A stretch of 64,000 bases of DNA from contig KZ538495.1 in NCBI GenBank assembly GCA_000934665.2, positions 1 to 64,000 on the forward strand, read 5' to 3'. The notes under the pieces were generated by a model. It saw only the letters and a list, made by a program, of their open reading frames with translations, searched no databases and was not told the origin of the DNA. The DNA is from Catajapyx aquilonaris (taxonomy: Eukaryota). Both the position numbers and the translations under genes were made by a program. Shown in pieces: positions 25,447 to 39,000 of the stretch. How positions within the stretch are numbered: the first letter of the stretch is position 1; every line of letters begins with the position of its first letter.

Positions 25447-26384
25447 TATGGGTGATTCTCCAAAAACTTACCAATACCATGTCCCGGCATAATAACTCAA
25501 AAATGGCTTGACTGAGAGAGTTGATTTTTTAAACATTTGGAGAAGCAGTTGACACCTAGCCATCCCCATGAAAACAAAAAAAATTAAATTAAGTTTTACT
25601 GCAAAAAATGTTAAAGGGCCTAAAATCACTATTCTTGGCATGTCCCGATCTCATTTTAAAGCATGCTATATTTTCTTACAATTTTATTATTAACATTAGA
25701 CAAGTTTCAATACTATAATTAAATTGTACATAGTTGCAGGTATAAAGCAACATTTTTAAAACGATTTATTCATTTGACATGACCTTGCTGCATCACTCCA
25801 AAGTGTGTCCCGAGTTTTCCCGGAAATAAAAAGTTCACACTCCTGGCTCATTTTTCTATGTCACAAAATATCTTAATATTTTGAAATAACTGTGATTCCA
25901 TGGAATGAAGGGTCTTCTTGAACCCACAGAAATATCCAGAGTCAACGTTTGTTCTGGACCGTGATATTAATCCTAATGCATCCAAAGGCCCTTCTTCTGG
26001 CTCCCAAACTCCCGGAAATAAAAAGTTCACACTCCTGGCTCATTTTTCTATGTCACAAAATAGTTTAAATGTTTTTGAAATAACTCTGATTCCATGGCAT
26101 GAAGGGTCTTCTTGAACCCACAGAAATCTCCATAGACAACGTTTGTTCTGGACCGTGATATTAATCCTATTGCATGCATATTGCATAGGTCATTCTTCTG
26201 GCTCCCGAACTCCTGGAAATATTCACTCTCCTGGCATTAGAATATCAGAATTAGTTCCCCATATTTTTCCCTGATTTGTGACCTCATATAGAGTAAGTGA
26301 GAATTTTTCCAGATTTTTAAAACAAGTTTTGAAATTCATTAATTCTTGCTTTGAAAATGGTAAGTTTTTGGAGAATCACCCATA
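25447..26384. mobile_element. Non-autonomous DNA transposon (MITE) with TA flanks and an internal tandem duplication of about 195 bp
   Basis: Perfect inverted ends tatatgggtgattctccaaaaacttacca (from 25445) and tggtaagtttttggagaatcacccatata (to 26386). Internal units start near 25819, 26011 and, partially, 26212. Confidence 0.85.
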
Positions 26385-29300
26385 TAGGTCAATAGTGAAA
26401 AGGGTGCAATTTCATTTTAAGAAAATAATGTAAATGTCCTTTAAAGAATTTGTAAAAAAAAATCATAGTTATTACCTCTGGTGTTCCCACAAAAATAACG
26501 GCCGAGATCGTAGACATATTTCACATTTCTAAATCAATTATAAAAATGCCGTATCTACAGCTGTATACACACAGGTAAAAATGCAGTCTACTTGACCTTG
26601 ACGAACTAAGTGTGGCACAGGGTGTAGAACTGAACCAAGTAGCTAGCACAGTTCGCAATATAAATGTAAGTAATACTTCAAATCGCTTCAAATGCAATGA
26701 ACCAAGAAATGGGGAAATTCAGAGTATACTCGAGACCTATCCGTATGCTTACATCTGACAATAAGGAGTGTACAGCTATGGGTGCATTAGAAACATGGTA
26801 CAGATGGTCCAAAACATTCAAATAGGTTATTAAAACCATGTCCTTGAACATCTGACCCCGCCTAGGGGTGCCTGCGGACGGGTAGTGACCAAGGACACTG
26901 CCATCCACGGACGTGACAGACTCTGTTTATTCCACGTAAAACGTGGTAAGTTTAGGTTACAAACTTTTAGTTCAAATGAGTAAGCTCTTTGTACCTAATA
27001 GCACACGTACTTGAGCAAAAATTGAAATTTGAACTGCTTACCTACATTTACCAGGTGTCACAGACTTGACGCACTTATCTCGACATTTCACTAAATCTGA
27101 CGTTTAGAGCAGAATTACACGCCTTCAAGCAACCAACCCAACCGGTATTGATTCAGCTTCTCAATATTGTTGCATCAGCAAGCAAAAATACAAAAATCCT
27201 GCACATTGCTGCTTCCTGGATGATTTTATAACAGTTTTTGCCCACGACGAGAAACCTTGGACAAAATTACTCGTGCAATAAAATCGATGCAATTTGGAAC
27301 TTCAGGACAAAGAATGCACTAGCATTTACCTTCAGTATTCCTTTCTTCATTACTCTAATATAAAAGTGAAATAGCATCTTATGCCTTGCATAAAAATTGA
27401 CCAAACTATGAAAGTGAAGGTTGGGACAAGCCACGGACGTGACATGTCACGCTCTGCGACCTAAAGAAAAATATGAAAGAATTTTCTCATTACAGATTTA
27501 TTATGTGCCCCGTATTCCGCAAGTTGCACTCTTATTTCTTTGCATTTTATCTGGTTTTCAGATGTTATATTAAGTCCATAAATTAGCTGGGACATGAAAT
27601 TGCAGGGTTTTTCACTATTTACCCATATGGAGTTAGGACAAAACTAGACTCGGTTGGACCTACAAATGATCTTTGCCTCAGCTATGCCTATCCTCCCACC
27701 ACACTTGCACTCGACTCCTGTTGTCAGCCCATGATGAAGAATAAAGGTGCATTAGGCTCTCAGACACTCCTTCTTCAAAACAAATAACCGACGAAGTTCT
27801 CCCTCGTCTGCCTGTAATTCACTTCTTATATTTTTCCTACCATCTTCCTACACAGATGCATCTCTTCGAATAAAATCATCCGTACACAAAGGTATCTACA
27901 CTCAGGTTTAATTCGCTCCGGAATTACGTGGCACTGGGATGATATAATTTTCGACGAGACGCTGATGGCAGCAAATAGCAAGTCATGCTTGAAAGCTTGG
28001 GTGCGCCTGCAATAAAAGTATAGGCCTGCTGAGGCGGCTCCGTAGATGTTTGTTCTCCTTTGGCTCGGGTTTCAGGAGGTTAATCATTCTACCTTGGAAA
28101 AGGATTTTCTGGCGAACCTTAGACTTCCGCTGGCTAACGAAGAAAGCTTTACGATAACAGAAGATACCAAGATCCAGTGGTCTTAGATGTACACTATAGA
28201 TGGATTCTATATATAAAAAGGCTTGTTGTCATTATAGCCGGAAACGAGCGTCGTTTGTGTAACTGTAGTGGATCGAGGGTTTGAGGGCTGTGGTTATTGA
28301 AGGATATACTTACATTGGTACACGTGGATGACATTGACATAACCTGTAGGTGCCTATGGGTCTTTTTACCCGTTGAGAATCAGAGTTAATGAGAAATAAG
28401 ATTACAAAGGAAGTGGATCATGATAGACCCTACACTAATATTAGACATGTATTTTTAGTCCTTTATTGACCTTTTGCTTCAGAGTACAGTAAAAGACGCC
28501 AGGGCCAGATTTACACGTTTTAAACCAGAGAAAATGGAAATTCTTGTCCAACTACCTATAATTACAATGCGCTTATACATAGGCTACTGTGTGCAGGATT
28601 TAATATTATCAGTTATCACTTTCCCTCAATTTCGCTCCTTGTGCATATTTCTTGTACAAAATTATCCTAGTTGATTGCAGAGATTTCATCACCATGACAA
28701 AGACAATGGGATGTTTAGTACACTATTGGACTACTGAAGTTGACACTTCATCTATACAACCAGGCCTGATGACTGATCGCGTAGGTAGATCCCGATATGT
28801 ATGAGGGAGGGAAGTGCGCAACTGGCCTGAGTAACCCATAACATTTTGTCCCCCTGCCCAGTGTTTCGGTGTCATCTTCGGCATTGTATCACCCTGCATA
28901 CTGTACAGGGAAGAGATAATGGATCACGTTGCTTGAATTTTTTTTCCTCCCCTTAATAAGAAAAAGGACGCGACATCTTTCTAAGAAAGGCCTCAAAAGG
29001 CGTATTGTGATGAGTTAAGAGGCTGGGAAGTAACACGTATTGAGGGACGCTGGTATATTCACCTGTTTCAAGGGGCTCCCGTATTTCGTCCCCAGAGTGC
29101 TGTTCACTGGTTCTTTACAACGACGAAACAAGCCATTAGGTTGAGAGCTACTTCCACGCTGCAGGTCTCCTGTTTCTCCACCGACGGAACCAGGTACAAA
29201 ATGTAAGCTGGGTACCTATAAAGGCATCCTACGCGGATAATTTTGCGTCGACGGTGTCGCGAAATTTTTTATATACCTCGTGTGCTAAGCCGTGTACATA

Positions 29301-32300
29301 CATACGTATGATATACACTTGAGACACAGCTTGAGACGCTTCAAGTGGTACATACTGCATGTCTAGTTGAAGTCCACCTTTGATATTGTTATAATACATT
29401 ACTATTACAGGCCTATAAAATGGGTATGCTTCAGAAAGATACCGACAAACTTTTAGGATGGTCCCATGCTAATCAGAGAATCACTTTACATAGAGAGGCC
29501 ATTAGCTCTCTGCAGCCTAATTACCGAGATAATGGGCTTGTGTGTAGTACAGCAAATTCTGAAAGGCTTGCATCCGTCCATACTCGTACACGTACGGAGT
29601 TCGAAAAGTCCGGCCTCTAGGCTACTTGCAAGCCTATGCAAAGACACAAGCAAGAATACGAGGGCAAACCTCTCCTTGATAATGGCCCACTTTCTGCATG
29701 TTAGGTGCATTTGAAAGTCAACCCCTTATCTTTAAAAATTTAAATATAATGCAACTGGGGCAGACAATTTCATACAGTGTAACACTTCGTAATTGTGTAT
29801 TAGGAGGATCACATTAATTACAGTATACTCTACACTAAATCTCTGAAACTACTGCATACTGTAGAGTAAACTGATTTGAAATGATGTAATGATCCTCTGA
29901 CATTGGTGGCGGCGGTGTGGTTGACCAAAGTAATGTAGTTCATGTATGCCTTTTGAACTCCGGACACTGTCGGTTGTGCGCATTTTGTGCACGACAGTGA
30001 GGATTGGACAAGCACACTTCCGAGTATAAAATGGAAATTGAATGTCGGCATGTCGATGTGTGCATTGTTGTGGAAAGATATTTTGGCATAATTTTTGGGT
30101 GAGAATGCTTCATGATATTTGTTTGTATTTTATCTTTGTCAGCGCAGATGTGTATGGACATGGCCGTGCATCAAAAGGCAATCATAGTCGACGCAAATCA
30201 TGTTTAAAAACCGCAGCTGCTTTGACGACGTAGCAGCAAGCACGCCCATTTTATCGCTTCCAATCACTGTTTCATCATTTTGTCTCGCTCTGATGGCATG
30301 ACGTGACAGAATTCTGGGTGCAGAAAAACGTGCTCATGCCATCCTGCATTTGTTTTCAAGATTGATTCGCACGTTATTATGATGAAGTCTCATTAACAAC
30401 AACCTGCTTTGACTGACAGGGAACAAAATAGTAGTATAAATTTATAAATAATCACCTTTTACAGGCTGGAAAAGGTAGTCTATATTCAATAGATCGTCAT
30501 CTTTACGTATTAGTTCAAAGATATCATTAGAAATAAATTGATTTTGACAATTAATGATGCATGTGGGGTTTTGATGTGACTTTAAGTTGGGTGTATACAG
30601 CCACATATGCATCAGCAACTGCAGAGTTACCATGTATTCCCATACATTTTGCCAGTTATTGTAAAAGCAAATTAGTCATATGTTACCTTCTCAGCCTGTA
30701 ATATCGTAGTTTAAGATAAAAGTAACATGCAATTCTGGATATCTACCACACGCTCAAAGCAGCAGGATTTGCGAAATCAAACTAATGCATTATCCAGGGC
30801 AGGCACTAATAGGAGGTAAATGAACACTTCATTAGTGGTTGCATAATTCATAACCTACTGGTCCTGATTAGATTGCTGCCGGTTCAGCCTGTCATGTTGG
30901 TGATGGACACCATTCCCAACCTTTTACGTTAAATATTTTTATTCAAAATTGATACACTACGTCAAAAATTTACGCTATATTGACACAGTTGTCATATGCT
31001 TGTATGTTCTGGCGAGAATAATATATTGATTGAAAGTACGTTTCACTGTTATTTTTACACTATGATGCAGTAATTGGTATATTTTGCACAAAGCACTTTG
31101 TACGTCGTCACAGCAGATTGCCACTAACGAGTCACATTGTCGTTCCAAAGAGTTACTTTTTCAAGCTTCTCGAGGACCATCAACCATCGGCACTGGGGAG
31201 ACGTCCAAAGAACTCACTTTTAAGTCAACATGAGAAAACCCACATTCATTCAGCAAGCCATTCATTTTCTCCAATTGAGCTCCACCGCAGAAAAACCGGG
31301 TGGCTCATTACCTAAAAGACAGATGGCCATGTCGGAAAAAGGAAGTAGGCAACGCCGGACGTGTTAGGTGGCCTCTAAATTGAAACTTCTTGCCAAGAGC
31401 TTGAATCTATCTCAATCTTCCCTAGAGGAAAGTTGTCATCCATCATCTGAGAAGAATAATGTTTTCTCTCTGGTTCCTAAGTTGATTTGGGATGCGCTCC
31501 AGAAACATGGCCACACAGTTTTTGTTATTTTCTTCCGTAGCAGCTGCTTGGCTCGGTTGTATACCTTTCAGGATGGTCACACTCTCTGATGAGTTATTAG
31601 CTAATGTAAATATTAGAGAGCATTGCCATTTTTCATGCTGGCGCACTTTGGGTCCAATTTATCATTGCCATAGCTATCGGCTCTTTTGCAATATAAAGAG
31701 GCCATTTACACTCCATTCACCGCAGGGTGGTGGCGAGATAACAAAATCTTTCTTGGGATGACAGCCATTTTTGAATGATTTATAAACCCTAGAGTTCATT
31801 GTCGTTTCTTTCGTTTGAATTTCTTATGAGGTGTGGCCATTTTTAACGCGTGTTGTGTGACCTATATTTCTTGTGCAGGTGTTATTAACCTCAGGAGACA
31901 TACGCATCGTAATATTGATCGTAGATAACAAGAAAATACAGAATATTTTATCCAAAATACTCGTACTTAACTTATGACATATTCAGTATGTTGGGAAAAA
32001 TTCTGTGCTAAAATGAATCATGCGGATGATTATTCGTAGCGCAAGGTAGGTGAAGCACAGTCTAATGAGTTCTATATTACTTCATTTATACGTAAACCCC
32101 CGATCAACCTCTCATCTCCCTTTCATTTCCTCTTCTTAATACCACCCAATTCTTATCTACCAAAGTTATCACGTTTCTGTTGAGGGGGTGGAATTCAGAA
32201 TAGGTGGTGAGTGGAAGGCGACTTAAAAGGCTGATCGGGATATACAGTAATAGGCCTGCATGAATAGTTATGTGCATTAATGCAAAACTAATTCTACGAA

Positions 32301-32532
32301 AGAAGCTCAGATTGGTATGCTGTCACCAATCCCATGCGAAAATAAAATACTGACCTGTCGCCTTATCGTAATCCCACCCCATGCACAAACCCAAACGTGT
32401 TAACCCAGTCCAAGGTCCTCGCCAGGACACGGAGCGACACGGAATTGTCATCATGTCATTCTGCAAGTATCTCGGAATATTATCATATATGAATGTCATG
32501 CTGGCAGAGTGACAATCCCGTGAGGGTCTTAA

Positions 32533-33033
32533 AGGGACACTCCACTCAAAATACAAGTTGATCTGTAAAAATCAGGCAAAAAATCCTGAATCCGGTGATA
32601 CCATCCGTTTATCTCTGAGACGAACGGTAATGTCAGGGGAAGAGACGAAAGTCTGAAAAAATTCGAGGTCTGTTCGAGAGTGGCGCCGCCTGGCCACCTG
32701 GCCAAGTTAGGCGACGTTGGAAAGAGCGCCACCCTTCCCAACGGGCACTAGGGGAAGTTGGCTTCGGACACAACCAGATCCCCACGCATCCCCATACCCG
32801 CAGGCAACTTATCCAAGTCGCCGTTGGGAAGGGCGGCGCTACTATCCAACGTCGCCTAACTTGGCTAGGTGGCCAGGCGGCGCCACTCTCGAACAGACCT
32901 CGAATTTATTCCGACTTTCGTCTCTTCCCCTGACATTACCGTTCGTCTCAGAGATAAACAGATGGTATCACCGGAATTAGGATTTTTTGCCTGATTTGTA
33001 CAGATCAACTTGTATTTTGAGTGGAGTGTCCCT
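32533..33033. mobile_element. Fold-back MITE with TTAA flanks and AGGG termini (Kolobok/T2-like)
   Basis: Ends are TTAA-agggacactccactc and gagtggagtgtccct-TTAA. Arms of about 228 bp with scattered mismatches enclose a spacer of about 43 bp. The superfamily is inferred from the TTAA flanks plus AGG termini. Confidence 0.85.
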
Positions 33034-36000
33034 TTAACGCCTTGAGTTATCTACTCTGTTTGACAGTATATGGGGTGTGATTAAGGTAATTTTGTGGGTT
33101 AGGACTTTTTTGCACCACGCCGTCATGTGCAGTACAGGCTTCACTAAACTGAATAGTTTCTATACGTTTCTACGTATATTACAGGAATCTCTAGTCTATT
33201 CTATCTCCATATCCATGCTAAATTAAGTTTTATTCCGCAACTCCTACATTAATAAATTAGTGAGTGTATGGCACCTTTGAATACACTTGCTGATAAATAC
33301 ACTCATTCACTTTCTTTGAAAATAAATTTATTGGCATCATTATTACAGGTGCAACATGCCACAGGATGTAGGATACCGGCATATACAGTATATTATGCAA
33401 AACCAGTAACATCGCTTGAAATTCAGCTATACGGAAGCAGCACTGTGGCCTGCGCACATGAAATGATTGCTCTTTAAATACACCCCCGATGCCAAACAAT
33501 TACGAGTACAAGCGACAGATTACATTTCGAGTTGTAATTGCACCATTTAATTTCGCTTTACGCTAGCTCTGATCAATATGATGTCCTGTAAGCTGATCTG
33601 AACTGCTGATCACATTCTGGATTGCATACCGAATGAACTAATAATAATTTACCATGTTTCACTGCCGTGTGTGTACCCAGTACGAAGGGCCCTGTAGGTG
33701 TGATTGAAAATGTATGAAACAAATTTGGCGAATAATTAATATTTGAGAATGGCACTCGACAAATAAACGGGCCCGGGTTGGAATGGCGCACCTTCATTTT
33801 CCTCTATAAACTTGCTCCTCATGTAGAATTTATGCCATAACTGCTCTATTATTTGTCGCTGACGAGGAGAGTAATAAAAGGGCAGAAGCAACGGAACAGG
33901 AGTATAACCAAGGCTGAATTGCAGGCATCAGAGAGATAATTATGTCGCAATCGGAATGAAATTGTCTAACATAAAATGATAACAGAGGCAATGCAACCTG
34001 AAACCAAACTGACTCGGTATATAAGCATATAAGTTACTGCATGTTTTGGGGCTGTGTAGTTGAATATTATTTGAGATCTGAGGTCGTAACACATATAGTG
34101 TACAGAATGTTTTATAATAATGTTTCAGACAAACTTCTATAATATGCTTTTCGCCTGGGCACTTGTCTAGGCACTTGAAGATTGCTTTATGTAGAAATGT
34201 CATTCGCTCTCCTAAGCCTCGTTATATCTAGTTACACAACAGACTCTGGGTTTTAAACATGATATGGCATATAGTATAGCAGATATTTGCGTTTTATTCG
34301 TGTTCATTCGGGCCCGACTAAGAAAGATAGGATATCTAGGCCAAAGTATCCGGAACAGTAGCATATGCTCAACGACGAAAGATAAGCTGAAGTACATACT
34401 AAACATTATTACCAATAAAACCCTTTCAGTAGAACCGCCAAACACCTGTGCTCAAAGATATAATTGATATGTTAAAAGCAGAACCTAGTAATAATCTTTT
34501 ATTGAAAAGTGGTGAATTTGTCTTCAGGACAAAATGCAATCACTACTGTAAATAGGGTCTACAAGTATGATTCCAATATCGAACATCATTATGTTCGAAA
34601 CTATATTACGTTGCTCCTTTTCTCTCAATTGTAAAGGGATCTGCCGTCACTCTGCTCACCAGTGAGTGATACAGAAGAGGATATCTGATTAAAGTCCTGC
34701 AGCGAAATCCGTAAAGATGGCTTAGCGAAGCCGTAGAGAGACGGGCTGTAACTTCTTTTCCAATCCCCTCGATTGAGTCTTTCCTTCGTCTCACAATCTT
34801 CTCTCTGTTGTTTCTTTAAAAGGAAATGTTATGTAATTCTGCTCCAGTCGGTTCCGAAATTTTGCTCGCGTCGTAGATGCATGACTATTATGCCTATCTC
34901 CGCTGAACCGACGAATGTTAGGAACGAGGAAAGTTCTAGCAAGTTTTATTTGTTACGATTGCCGTCGAGTCTGGATGATTTCGGTGGCAAGGCCGGTCAA
35001 GTATTTCTCTGGTCCAAACTTCTCAGACTGCCCGTAGATTCCGTGCTTCTTGAAGAAAGGTTAGTTCTTTAAAATAGAAAGCCTTTGTGGGGGTTACGGC
35101 CGTCATAAAATCCCATAACTATAAGTTACCTGTAAAAAAGACGTGTCGTGAAAAAGGCTGTGCTGTATGAAATATAGTGAGCAAAGTAGCGTGGTCTTTT
35201 TCGGAAGAAATAGATTTACTTACATATCTCTCTTACCATAAGTTATCATTGGATTGTACATTTAAAGTGTAAACTGCGGTACTACAGATTCCATCTTTGC
35301 CATAGTGATAAGAATGGAACTATCACCTAATTTTAACCACTGAATAGCATAGATATACAGTGTATGAAAGAATCTAAAATATTGCAAATCCTTTAAGAGT
35401 TTAACTAATCTATTCAACCTGTTGCATGTATAGTCCAGTTTTATTACAAGACAAATATTTCAGAAATTTCTCTACTAAATGCAAAGGTAGCCTGCATCAT
35501 ATTCAATGAACGACGATGAAGCCTGCGGGTGTTAATGAAGATTTTGCAGCCGTACTAATGGCATTTAAAGTGCTATTGTAATCCTTGTGAACGGGGCTAA
35601 TTATCTGCAGGGATATTTTGATGCAGCATTTTACCGCTGGTATCTGCAACATTTGTTTATAATAGAATTGTCGAGGTTGAATAGGCGAGTTAATCAATAG
35701 CTTGAAAGTATAGTGATGTGCTATCGTATTGTTTTGATGATTCAGGATTAAAGCTTATCCTATTTGCCATTACATAGGCATTGCAGTAGACCAACACCTC
35801 ACTATAGCCAATTACCAAACTCCTTGCGTATGCGGTGTACTTCAAGCCGTAAAAAGGAAACTCATTTGCTTCTGGCTTTCTAATAAACCAAACCAAACTT
35901 GTGGAAATGCAATCATTCGACCGCGCTGTAATATATTATGTTCAATATTCTTGTGGGAAAAAGTTACATTTTCAACTCTGATAATAAGTCAGAATAATGA

Positions 36001-39000
36001 TCGCATTACTTGAGAAATGAAATGCTTCAAAATTGCAATATTTTAAAGTTAAAAACTATAGGCTAAGCAATTTAAAACGCAATTTGAAATATCACGCTTA
36101 ACACAAAGTTGTATACCTTAATAACTTATCATTAACGACTTCTAAACCCAGTAATAATACTTGTATAGAAATATTTGGCATGCACATTTCCATCGCCCAG
36201 TAAAGCATGTTCCGTATTGCATTCGGCTTGTAACATAAGGCCCCATCACTCTACACACTTCTACAGTGTACACAATCCACATGCGTTTGTGATAAGATTA
36301 TGAAAGGTCACTTTTCATAACAAGCAAATAATGTGGATATCCTTATATTTGTACAGGGGACATGCTGAAGTTAACTTTACCGACAAGACCCCTATTCTTA
36401 TTGTGATCAGAAAATACGGCTAATGATGATAGCCATTACTATAATCTAAAGTGCATATAAGTACTTGTAGATTATAATAAAAATTCATGCAACGTAATAA
36501 TTTTACAAAGTGTAATAATTATTTCGGATATTCACTCTTTGATATATCCTATCTGCCTCACATTCCTCGTTTGCCTTTGCTTCACATTCCACGCTTGCCA
36601 CATGTGAGTAATGTGCCGCCGGTAGAGGCACTTACAGGATGTACTGTACCAAAGACCTAGCGAAGCAAATAATGTTCAGCCGAAGTGCACATGCCAGAAT
36701 GTGTTATCTGGTCTAAACTCTACCTGCACTTCATGTTAGTTTCCAGTTCTGTTTAAGGGCTTCCCTTTCCTCAGCATAATGGTACCTGTAGCATAATCCC
36801 TTCAAAGTATAAACTATCGCTAATATGGCTAAGTTTGGACATTAGTGTGAGCTAAGCCTTCTCCATCATCATCATCAATCATTGTTACGTCTGGTAGTAT
36901 TTGCCTAAAAGGACCGTCCAATATGATAGAAATAAAATACTAACATACAACCTTCTAATCGATTCAAAATTCCAATACATTTTCTCCCTCTCAGTATATA
37001 CTACTGTAGCCTACATAACAATAGGCTTCTGCAGGGTGGTGCAAAAGGTGCGCACTTCCTCTTGCATATATGTTTCTTGGAGTATTTCAAGAAGAAATTA
37101 CGATAGTTTGTTTTGTCAATTTCGACTCCACATGATGGAGGCAATAGCACTTAAAATCTCTTGACGTCGCTTTTGCCGGTCTCAAATGGCTTGAATGCTT
37201 TTGGTCGGGACCATTTGTGTATTTTACCCTGTAAAAACCACCTTTTATAACGTCATTCAAGATCTGAGTTGAGTTTTTTCATATTATGTAACTTCTATGC
37301 AGTTCGCAAGATCAAAGCCGACTCACCCCCCATCTGAAATATCGACTGAAATAACAAAGCATTATATAAAGCAGTTTTTCAAAGAAACCGTGCTACTGTA
37401 TATGTGTACACCGTACTAAAGAGTATTATATCTTTTAAAAAATTGATTTCGCTTGCAGTATATAGAAACTCCTTTGACCTGAATACCTACGCGAATACCT
37501 ACCAAAACCACCGAAAATGTCGCTTAATGGCTCCTTTTACGTGCTTACATTGCCACGAACCGCAAGTAACTAAAGATCAGAGTCGCCCCTAGTTAAACTA
37601 AGCGGGCCGGAAAAAAAACCCTGCCTCTACATGCACCACTTGATGAGTTATGTAAATTCAATGCGCCTTGTAAGCCAACCGTAGGAGCAACAAATCTATG
37701 TCGACTTGGGAAGGCATCGTAGGTACGATGTACGCAGAAGCGCTTCAACAAGGGCACAAGAAATGAGTAAGTTCCTCTGGGAACAATCCGCCACCATTAA
37801 TCCAGTTCTAAATGTCGTGCTCTAAACTGCTCCTTGGTATTGTTTCGACAGTTTATTACCCGAAGTTAGTTGCTGTGTGGAGTACTTAGGGCAAGGTTTA
37901 GTGAAATGCTCTTCAGTTCCATGCACTTGAAGTCACTGCCAGTGCATGTACGGACCTGGAGTTGGTTACACTACTTTAGACATGCGTCGGGAAAAAATAG
38001 GGCTTAAAATTCATGTAATCGGAACGACCGGAATTTGGGTTATTGGAAGTTGAGGGTACATTTTCCATTTTCTTTGTGTGCACTACTTTTGAAAGCAGTG
38101 AGCTGACGCCTAACGATCTAATATGAAACTTTGGACTTTACGGTGCCTTTGAAGTGACTTTTTCGAGGAAACTCGGGAGTCGCATTTACTTTTATCTCCT
38201 ACTTCCGCGGTAACTGAAATACAGTTGGATTACGTTAGAAAAAACACGTTATATGTGCGAGGGTTACAAAATTCTCTGTTTGTCCCCTATTGTTTGCTTA
38301 AAATTATGAAAATGATGTGTCCTGTAAATGGGGCTGATAATAACACACTGCAAAAACATGTTATGTGACATTTAGCCAGTAATTTTTCCATGTGAGTAAC
38401 ACTAAGTAAATTATTCTCTAATTAGGCTGGTTATAATCCAACCCTACCAGCGCCCATTACTTAATCAATCTACCGGTTAATTTCCATGTGCAGGGCAAAT
38501 GTAGAGCACCGTCTATCCACCTGTTAATGTGATCCTTAATTAAAATTTGCATGAGAGCCTTTTTCATCTACATAAAACCAGTTTGACGAGATAAACGTGA
38601 CGGATGCTTCCTCTCTCAATGTGTCAGAACTGCGTCATTCGAGCAGGAGACCCAACAATTAAGTTTTACAATAGCACTCTTTGACCATCCTACGTGTAGG
38701 GGTGGACAGTAATTTTTTTCTTTTGTTATAGCGTAGTAGAAGTGGAAAGTACTTACAGGGGACACTATTCAGTTCAGTTAGGCCTCTGAGCAGCACAGCA
38801 ATGGTTGCTTCCACCTGGAAAATAAAAGCAATGAGTTTCCAGCAAGGTTGCAAAACTTCCATATCCAACGCTATTGTGAAAATGGAAGAAGTTTTAAGCA
38901 CAGAAAAGTCTGCGAAATTTCATTACGCGTGCGGTCTGATTTGCGTTTAGTTACATTGCGAAAATGTGTGGAGAGGGCATATTTATTCAACCGAGCTTAC

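Noticed and set aside
29420..29720. LQKDTDKLLGWSHAN, resembling the C-terminal part of a LINE reverse transcriptase (LQxDLxxLxxWS)
   Set aside because: Too short and degenerate to call without a TBLASTN or Dfam search. It may be an ancient LINE fragment.
32529..32980. Two ORFs on opposite strands encoding nearly the same peptide (PTSPNLARWPGGATLEQ...)
   Set aside because: Artefact of the palindromic MITE.
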